From positions 1 through 64,000 of the forward strand of contig JABVCE010000031.1 of the NCBI GenBank assembly GCA_014905635.1: 64,000 bases of DNA, read 5' to 3'. Origin of the DNA: Scenedesmus sp. PABB004 (lineage: Eukaryota). Positions 55,965 through 64,000 of this stretch are shown here, piece after piece. The notes under the pieces are model-generated. The model was not told the DNA's origin. It was given only the letters and a program-made list of their open reading frames with translations, and did no database searches. Within the stretch, counting starts at the first letter, position 1, and every line of letters begins with the position of its first letter. The translations under genes were made by a program, and so were the position numbers.

Positions 55965-57990
55965 TCAGCCGCCGCCCGCGCCGCCGCCGCTCGCGCTGCC
56001 GCCGCCGCCGCGGCGCAGCAGGGCCACCGCCAGCGCGCCCAGGCCCGCCCCCGCCGCGCCCGCGCCGGCCGCCAGCGCCGCGAGCTGGCCGCGCCCGAGC
56101 TCGATCACGTGCGCGCCGCCGCGCCACTGCGCCAGCAGCCCGGGCCAGCCGGCCTCGCGCCCGCCCTGCTTCGCGCTGCCAGGCGCAGCCGCTGGCGGCC
56201 CGCCCGCTCGCCGCTCCCGCTGCTCAAGCTGCTGCGACGGCTGCTGCGCCGGCTGCGACGGCTGCTGCGCCGGCTGCGACGGCTGCTGCGCCGGCTGCTC
56301 GGCGGCGGCGCCGCTGCTGCTGCGCACCTGCGGACCGCCGTCCGCCAGCGGCGCGTGCTCGCCAGCGGCAGCCGCCGGCGCCGCAGCTGCTGCGAGCGCC
56401 GGCGCCGCCGCGCCGCCGCCGCGCAGCTGGCCCGCGGCGTGCTCCGCCGCCTGCCGCGCCGCGCGCCACCAGCCCTGCGCCGAGCGCCCCGCGGCCGACG
56501 CTTGCGCCGCGGCCCACGCGCCGCCGGGGACGCGCCAGCCCGTGCCGCCCGGCGCCTGCGCTGCCGCCGCGGCGCCGGCCGCGCCGCCCGCTGGCGCGTC
56601 GTGCAGCCGCTGCAGCTGCTGCCGCACCGCGCGCAGCTCCTGCAGCACCTGCGCTTGCAGCTCGCCGCCGCCGCTGACGCCCTGTCCCCCGCCGCCGCCC
56701 TGCCCGCCGCCGCCGCCGCCCTGCCCGCCGCCGCCGCCGCCCTGGCCCCCGCCACCGCCGCCGAGCGCGGCGAGGCGCGCGTCGAGGCGGTCCGCGTGGC
56801 CGGCGAGCATGTCGGCGACCGCCGCCTGCAGCGCCGCGCGCTTGCGCGGCTCCAGCACGGCGTAGACAGTGACAAAGGACCCAAAGTGCAGGCCCATGAG
56901 GCCCCACGTCCACCACGTGGACGCGCGGCGGATCTTGTCGCTCCACAGCTGCTCCTGCGGGGCGCGCGCGGCGCGCGGGCGCGGCCGCGGCGCGCGTCGG
57001 TCGCGGCGCGGCGCGGCGCGGCGCGGCGGCGGGGCGCGTGCGCGTGCGCGGGGGCGGGGCGCGCCTGCTGGTAGCGCTCCCGTATGAGGTCCACCAGCGC
57101 CTGCTGCCGCCGCTCCGCCTCGTCGCCCAGCGCGGCGTAGCGCGCCTTGGCCGCGCCGACCGCCGCCTCGGCCGCGTGCTCTGCGCGGCGCGGCGCGGGG
57201 TTGAGTGCCCCCGGCGCCCGCGGCGCAGAGCGCGCGCCGCGCTCGCCGCCCGCCCTCCCCTGGCCGTCCCCCAGCTCCCGCGCAAGCGCGGCAGCAGCGC
57301 GCGCACGCCCGACACCACCCCCACCCGCGGCATAGAGCTCGGTGAAGCGCGAGACGTCGGCGGGCACCCAGCTGCTCTTGCGCTGCAGCAGCGCGGTCAC
57401 CTCCCTGCGCGCGGCGTCGGCCGCGTCGGCGCGAGGGCCGCGCGAGGCCGCGCCCCGCGCGCGCCCGGGCGCGCGCGCCGCCGCCTGCGCGCGCGCGGCC
57501 CGGCGCGCCTGTGGAGCTGGCTCTGCGCCGCGAGCTGCTGCTCGTACTCTGCCTTGGCGCCCGCCAGCGCGCGCTTGCAGGACTGCAGCGCCGCGTCCGC
57601 CTCCCCGACCGCCGCCTTGACGGCGTCGATGCCCTCATAGCCGGTCAGGCGGTTCAGGGCGCCGCTGACCTGCGCCACCAGCGCCGCGCGCGCGGCCGCC
57701 GGGCCGGGCTCGCCGCCAGCGCCCGCGCCCCCGCCGGGCGCCGCGGCCGCGGTGCTGCCGGCCGCTGCTCCCGCCCGGCCGAGAGTCGGCCCGCCGGGGG
57801 CGTCGGGAGGCCGCGCGCCAGCGGCGGCGCTGCTGCACCACGCGCGCTGCTGCACCACCGCTGCCGCTGCCGCCGGCGCTCGTGGGGCGCTCGTGGGCTC
57901 ATGCGCCACAGCCCCGGCAAGCGTCCGCCAGGCGCCCCGTGCTCCTGCCAACGACGCCGTCAGCGCCGCGGCAGCGCGAGGGCCCTGCAT
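55965..57990 (-). CDS. SHE9: Mitochondrial inner-membrane She9/Mdm33 family protein
   Basis: LNRLTGYEGI, REVTALLQRKSSWVPADVSRFTELY, RYQQ|EQLWSDKIRRASTWWTWGLMGLH, LEPRKR. Confidence 0.92.
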
Positions 57991-59069
57991 CCTGGTGTGG
58001 CGCCGCTGCTGCTGCCGCTGCGCGGCGCCGGAGCAGCTGAGAGGCTTGCGCTGCTGCTGAGCGTGCTGGATAGGCCACAGTGAGGCCTGACGCGGAGCCA
58101 GATGGGCGCAGAGAGTGGCGTGGGCGCCGTGCCGGCGGCGCGGCGAGCGGTCACGCTTGCAGCGTCTGCGGTCGCTCGATCGAGCGGCACCGTGAGCGGC
58201 CGCACCGCTGAGCTGAGCTTGCGGAATTTGAAGCATGAGAAGGCAGGAGTGGCGGTCAGCGGTGGCGGCGCATGTTTGTTAAACCGCGCGCTGCGCAATA
58301 GGGCGCCAGACAGCTGCCAGCAGACTTTATCAGACAAAGAGAGACACCCCCTCGAGCGCGCGGCGGCTGCACTCGCAGCAGCACGCCCGCGCGCCCGCGC
58401 GCCCGCGCGCCCCGGACGCATTGCCTGCCCGCTGCGTCGTCGCAGCAGCGGCCACAAGCGCAGTGCTGCCTGCGCACAAAGCGGCAGCCAGCGGCCAGCC
58501 GACAGAGCCCCACGCGCCGGCACACTCAAACACCGGACACACCGCGCCCCCGGCGGCCGGCGGCACGCACGGCGGCACACATCATCCCTGCTCCCGCGCG
58601 CGGGGCCTGTGTCCTCCAGCAGCGCGCGCGCAGTGAGCACGCCGCTGTGTCGTCTCAGCGACGGCGCTGCGCTTATTCCCCGCGGTGGCCAGAGGGAGCT
58701 CTAAGAGATGAGGTTGATGGGGTGGCAGGACGGGATGGATGGAAATTTCGAAAGCGAGGAAGTGGAATGGCGGCAGAAGGATGGTAATGAAATGATGAAG
58801 TGCGCAGCATGGCACGCTGATGGGGGGTGGTTAGGACACATCAAACGAGGACGCGATGGGCTCAGGACAGGGCAAGGACGTGATGGGACTGCAGCTTGCC
58901 ATGAAATGATGTTATGCGGGATGTGGTGGCTGCAGCACCATGCGTGGCAGAGGAAAGTGATGGAACTTGTCATGACTGATGAAACGAGGAGGCCACAGAC
59001 AACCGCAGCTTGGCGCCCAGGTGCAGGCATGCCTGCACCTCCTCCCATGCTAACACAGCAGCTGCCGTC

Positions 59070-61988
59070 CTACCAGCCGCCGCTGCTCAGGCGGCTCGCG
59101 CGGCGGCCGCCGCCGCGGCGCCTGCCGGCCTGCTGCCACTGCTGCTCGGCCAGCGCCTGCTGCAGCGCCTGCCCCTCAAAGCGCCCGCCGGTGCCCGACG
59201 CCTGGCGGCTGGGCGTGCGCGGCGTGCCCGGCCGCGCCTCGCCGCTGTCCCTGTCGCGGTCGCTGGCCGCGCTGCAGCCCTTCGGCAGCGTCTGCACGCG
59301 CCCGAGGCTGCCCTGGCTGCCGCACGCCTCGGCCGGCTTGGCGTCGGCCGCGGTCAGCTTGGCCTCAGCCGCGGCCAGCTTGGCCTGCAGATCCGCCACC
59401 TGGTCTTCCATCTCCTCAAACTGCGCACACTTGGCCTGCGTGGATGGGGGGCGGGGCACGGCGCGGGGCAGGGTCAGCGCTGTGCTGGCATGTCGGCGCC
59501 CGCACGTGCAGCCCAGTGGCGCGCGCACTCACCCACAGGTCGCGCTGCGTGTGCGCGCAGGCCTCGCGGAAGGGCCGCTGGCGCTCCGCCTCGGCGCGCA
59601 GCTCGGCGACCTCGGCGGCCAGCGCCACGTTCTGCGCCTCGGCGTTGGCCGCCTTGGCCTTGGCCCGCGCCAGCGCGCCCTTGTGCGCCTTGAGCGCGGC
59701 CGCCTCCTCCGACGCCACGCGCGCCGCGTCGGCGGCCTGCATGGCGCGCACGGCGGCGGTCGCGTGAGCCAGCAAGCGCGGGCGCCAAGCTGGGGCTGCA
59801 CGGCGGCAGGGCCTGCCCAGCGCGTGCGCACAGACCGCAGCGCGCCGCACCTGGCTCGCGGCGTGCGCCTTCGCCTCCGCCGCCTCGGCCTCGGCCGCGA
59901 CGGCGCGCGCGTTGAGCGCGGCCATCTCCTCTGACGCCACGCGCGCCGCGTCGGCGGCCTGCATGGCGCGCACGGCGGCGGTCGCGTGAGCCAGCAAGCG
60001 CGGGCGCCAAGCTGGGGCTGCACGGCGGCAGGGCCTGCCCAGCGCGTGCGCACAGACCGCAGCGCGCCGCACCTGGCTCGCGGCGTGCGCCTTCGCCTCC
60101 GCCGCCTCGGCCTCGGCCGCGACGGCGCGCGCGTTGAGCGCGGCCATCTCCTCTGACGCCACGCGCGCCGCGTCGGCGGCCTGCATGGCGCGCACGGCGG
60201 CGGTCGCGTGAGCCAGCAAGCGCGGGCGCCAAGCTGGGGCTGCACGGCGGCAGGGCCTGCCCAGCGCGTGCGCACAGACCGCAGCGCGCCGCACCTGGCA
60301 CGCGGCGTGCGCCTTCGCCTCCGCCGCCTCGGCCTCGGCCGCGACGGCGCGCCCGTTGAGCGCGGCCATCTCCTCTGACGCCACGCGCGCCGCGTCGGCG
60401 GCCTGCAGGGCGCACGGCGGCGGTCGCGTGAGCCAGCAAGCGTGGGCGCCAAGCTGGGGCTGCACGGCGGCAGGGCCTGCCCAGCGCGTGCGCACAGACC
60501 GCAGCGCGCCGCACCTGGCTCGCGGCGTGCGCCTTCGCCTCCGCCGCCTCGGCCTCGGCCGCGACGGCGCGCGCGTTGAGCGCGGCCATCTCCTCTGACG
60601 CCACGCGCGCCGCGTCGGCGGCCTGCAGGGCGCGCACGGCAGCGGTCGCGTGAGCCAGCAAGCGCGGGCGCCGAAAGTGGGGGCTGCGCACGGCAGAGGG
60701 GGCTGCCTGGCCGCGCAGCGGCTTGGGCGCCCCGCTCGCCCCGCACCTCGCAGGCCTTGTCGTTGTTCGCCGCCGCCGCGGCCTTGGGCTCCGCCGCGGC
60801 GGGCATGGCCGGGCCCTGCGTGCGCGGGCAGCCCACGTCGGCAGCGGTGGTGCGTGAGGAGGGCCGCCGCGTGCGGTGGAGCGGCCGCGCGCAGCTGAGC
60901 GCACACGCCACACCTTGAGCGCCGCCGCGTAGGTCTTCTGGGGCGCGGCCTTGGGCGCGGGCGCGGCCTGGGGCGCGGGCGCGGCCTTGGGCGCGGCCTG
61001 GGGCGCCGGCGTGGCCTTGGGCGTGGCCTTGGGCACCGGCGCGGCCTTGGGCGTGGCCTTGGGCGCCGGCGCGGCCTTGGGCGTGGCCTTGGGCGCGGGC
61101 GCGGCCTTGGGCGCGGCCTTGGCCGCCGGCGCGGCCTTGGGCGCGGCCGTGGGCGCGGGCGCCGCCTTGAGCACCGCCGCGGCGGGCTTGGGCAGGGGCT
61201 GCGCGCGGCGGCGGCGACAGGCGGGTCAGCAGCAGCCGTGTGCAGAGGGGACCGTCAGGCCGGACGCGCCAAGCGGTCCGCCAGGCTGGCGTCCCGCGCC
61301 ACTCTCACGCCGCACCGCGCAGGGCACCGCCTCGCTCACCTTGGGCGCGGCCTGCGCCACCTCGGTCTTGGGCGCGGCCTGCGCCACGGCGGCGGCAGCC
61401 GGCGTGAGCAGCGGAGCGGAGCGCGGAGGGGGCTGCCGGGCGCGCGCGCGCAGCGGCAGCACGCGCGCACCCCCAGGACCGCCTCGAGGTAGCTCCTCTT
61501 GGCGGCGGGGGGCGCGACCGGCGCCGGCGCGCTGGTCATGGCCGTGGCCTGCGCGGCGGCAGTGGGCGTGGGCAGGGGGGCGCGGATGGGGCTGCAGCGC
61601 GGCGGCGGCCCTCTCGCGGCGCGGGGCGTCCCGCTCGCGCCGCACCTCGCTGGCCGCGTCGGCGCGCGCGACGGGCGCCGGCGCCGCCGTCTTGGTCGCC
61701 TGGGGCTCGGCGGGGCGGCCCTGGGGCAGCGGCGCGGCGCAGGCGGCGGCGTGGGCGTGGGGGCGCCATGCCGGCGCCCGGCCGCGCGCTGGCGCCGCGC
61801 GGCGGTGTCGGGCGCGCTCGCCCCGGACGGCGGCCGACCAGACACACCTCTGTCCGGGCGCACGCGGCGCGGCAGCGGCCCAGCTGCCCGGGCGGCAGCC
61901 CCGGAGCTCGCGGCCTCACCGTGGCCGCTCCGGCGCGCGCGGCGCCCGTCTGCTTGGCACGGTAGCCGTAGAACGACTTGGAAGCCAT
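59070..61988 (-). CDS. Hypothetical protein: PKAAP-rich N-terminal region plus coiled coil built from tandemly duplicated exons
   Basis: ATG 61988 (MASKSFYGYRAKQ) lies downstream of a TATAAA box; phase-0 GT-AG exons; C-terminal AKCAQFEEMEDQVADLQAKLAAAEAKL; stop at 59070. Confidence 0.65.
59690..60672 (-). repeat. Tandem exon+intron duplication, 222-bp unit (108-nt exon + 114-nt intron), ~4.4 copies
   Basis: gacgccacgc anchor at 59711, 59933, 60155, 60377 and 60597; exon peptide AADAARVASEEMAALNARAVAAEAEAAEAKAHAASQ. Confidence 0.97.
60945..61170 (-). repeat. Coding ~30-bp repeat (PKAAPAPKAT), histone-H1-tail-like composition
   Basis: ccttgggcgcggccttgggcg-type units repeated about 7 times on the + strand. 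Confidence 0.85.
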
Positions 61989-62160
61989 CTCAGCGAGGTG
62001 ACGCAGCTTGAAGGTGCCGGGACAGGCGGTCACCGGCGAGGGGAGTTCGACGACTGCTGGTGCGAGCGCGTGGCTGGCCGTAGAAGCAGCAGGGAGCGCT
62101 GTGGAAGCTTCAGCCGAGCTGGACAGGCGGTTGTGTGCTCGGCCAGGGGGCGCGCGTGAA

Positions 62161-62166
62161 TTTATA
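62161..62166 (-). promoter_or_regulatory. Probable TATA box (TATAAA) for the 61988 gene
   Basis: tttata on the + strand in a very GC-rich context, about 175 nt upstream of the ATG. Confidence 0.55.
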
Positions 62167-63937
62167 CCCCCCGGCAGCCCCACCCGGCAGCCAAGCGGCC
62201 GGGGTTTGCGAGCCGCCGCTGTTTTGCGCTCCTCGCTGACCGCGCTAGCGCCCTGGCCGCGCGCGCCGCGCGCCGGCCGCGCGGCGGGGGCACCCGCGGC
62301 CGCGGCGTCGGCGAGCGGCGCCGCCGCTGCTTTCGCGCGCGGGTGCCGGCGGCGGTGCGCCGCGTGCGGCCGCCCACGGTCCAGGCCCGGCGCCTGAGAC
62401 CTCACGCGCGCGGCGGCGCGGGCGCCGGGCCGCGGGGCGCCGCCGCCCGGCCGCCGAGTGCCGCCGCTGCGCGCCGCGCGTGCCGCCTGCGCGCGCCGCG
62501 GCGCGTGCGCGTGATGGAGCGCGCGATGCCAGCATCACTAAAAGCGATAGTGTTACACGCGCCTGTGCTCGCACAAGTGAGTTGCTGGCAAGCCCTCGAA
62601 CAGCAGTGCTGCTGCTGCCCTCCCCACTGCCCACGCCTGCCCTCGTCAACACGCTGGTCATCGATCATCGATCGAGGCGAGAGAGACCGCAGCAGAGCAG
62701 AGAAAGGGCGACCCCGCGTGGTGAGGCCTGCCTGCCCAGCCCCCGACGCGCGGGCGGCCCGCAGGCCAGGCCCACGCGCGCCCCGCGCGCGCGGCGCGCG
62801 GCGCGGGGTCAGAGCAGCACGCGACAGGGACGGCAGCAATGGCTGCGCCGCGGGCGGAGGCAAGCAAGCAGGCGGCGGGGCGCCGGCGGCGCCTGAGGCT
62901 GCAGGCGGCCGCCGCCCCCGCCGCGGCCCGGAGCGACAGTCCCACCCCCCGTGCCGCCAAGCAATGCACGCACGCACACACCCAGGAATACGCCCGCCGA
63001 CGTGCACTCCTGCCGCCGGCACACACGCACACACACACACACACACACCCGCCGGCGCGCGCGCAGCCGCCGCGGCCGCGCGCCCGCGCGCGACGGCGAG
63101 GGCGCGCCCACAGGAGGCGCCGCCGCCGCCGCCGCCGGGGCGCGCAGGGGCGGCGCGCTGCGTGCGCGTGGCTGCAGACGTACGTAAGGAGTCGTGAGGG
63201 CGCGCCCTCGCTTATGTGTGTGACTGCTACGCATGGCATGATGCTGTACACCCCGCCCGCCCCGCCCCGCCCCGCCCGCCCGCCCCGGCGCACCCGCGGC
63301 TGTGCCCGGGAGGCGTGGCGGCGCCGCGCGCGCTGCAGCCGGCGCGCGCGCGGCGCCTGCGCCCCCGCTGGCGGCGGCCCGTACAGTGGGTGCGGCACAC
63401 TGGTGGTACACGTGGGGAGAGAGAGAGGGGCCGCGCCGCCTGCTCCGGCGCAGCGCCGCACTCGTTTATGTGGCGGCGGCGGCCCTCGCGGGGGCCGGAG
63501 CGTCAGCGGCTGGCCGCCGCCCCCGTGGCCGCACGGGTGCGAATGAAATGGCGCCGCGCGCTGCAGCAACTGCCGGGGCGCCCCCCGGCTTGCGGCGCGG
63601 GGCGTGCCCGGTGGGCGCGCCGGCGTGCGTCAGTGGTTGGAGTGGTTGGTCGTCCCGCAGGGGCCGTGCAGCTGCCTTGAGGCCGCTGGGGCGCCGGCTG
63701 CAGCAAAGCGAGGTCTTGTGCTGAATGGAACCCTGGCGGCGCGCGCGGCGCCGACGGCCACGCCCGCCGTCGCCCTCCTGTCGAGTTCCCCCGCGCCGCC
63801 CCGCCCCGCCCCCTCCGTCCTCCGCCCTCCGCCGTTCCTTGCCGCCCGCCCGCCCGCCCGCCCGCCCGCCCGCCCGCGCGGCTCGCTGGCGCGCCCCGAC
63901 GCCGCGCGGCGCGGCGCGCCCGCGGCCGGCGCGGCGC

Positions 63938-64000
63938 TCAGCTCGTGGTGCTGCCGGCGGCGCTCGAGGGCGCCGCGTCGTCGTCGGCGCGCTTGACCGT
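63938..64000 (-). CDS. Possible 3' end of a gene entering from the right edge
   Basis: Reads TVKRADDDAAPSSAAGSTTS* on the - strand; followed by UTR-like low-complexity sequence and TGTAA at 62553-62557. Confidence 0.3.
   Translation of the reverse strand, partial: TVKRADDDAAPSSAAGSTTS

Noticed and set aside
58708..59060. Met/Trp-rich + strand ORF start (MRLMGWQDG...)
   Set aside because: A by-product of GATG-rich low-GC sequence; codon usage is unlike real genes here and it runs antisense into the - strand gene.
59690..60672. Repeat-spacer array or introner family
   Set aside because: Exon and intron are duplicated together in tandem, and I saw no copy of this intron in other genes of the window.
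1..64000. tRNA, rRNA, transposase, reverse transcriptase or viral genes
   Set aside because: No recognisable motifs by eye; small ncRNAs cannot be excluded without a covariance-model search.

Overview
Eukaryotic nuclear DNA, extremely GC-rich, gene-dense and intron-rich. It is almost certainly a chlorophyte green alga: plastid PSRP1, FA2-like NEK kinase and TGTAA poly(A) signals point that way, and Sphaeropleales is only a guess. Splicing by hand gives about 23 protein-coding genes: Rsm22/METTL17, type II peroxiredoxin, epoxide hydrolase, a Q-rich protein with a HicA-like C-terminal domain, peroxisomal LACS, PSRP1, DNAJC21/Jjj1, fasciclin/GPI protein, SDR42E1-like, secreted tyrosinase, potato-I inhibitor, alpha/beta hydrolase, NEK kinase, EF-hand membrane protein, ELL/occludin-domain protein, AANAT-like GNAT, COX4-like, She9/Mdm33 and several coiled-coil or repeat proteins. 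Most long ORFs in the supplied track are GC shadow ORFs. The best lead is the intron-split HicA-like (toxin RNase fold) domain joined to Stm1-like short motifs, with no antitoxin nearby. Other leads: very frequent GC-AG introns, a near-perfect 222-bp exon+intron tandem array, a 75-bp coding repeat resembling a multivalent LC8-binding ladder, and a fungal-type secreted tyrosinase. Several apparent 1-nt frameshifts suggest assembly indels. All family calls come from motif recognition, not database searches; gene ends are manual estimates. No rRNA, tRNA, CRISPR or transposase was recognised.
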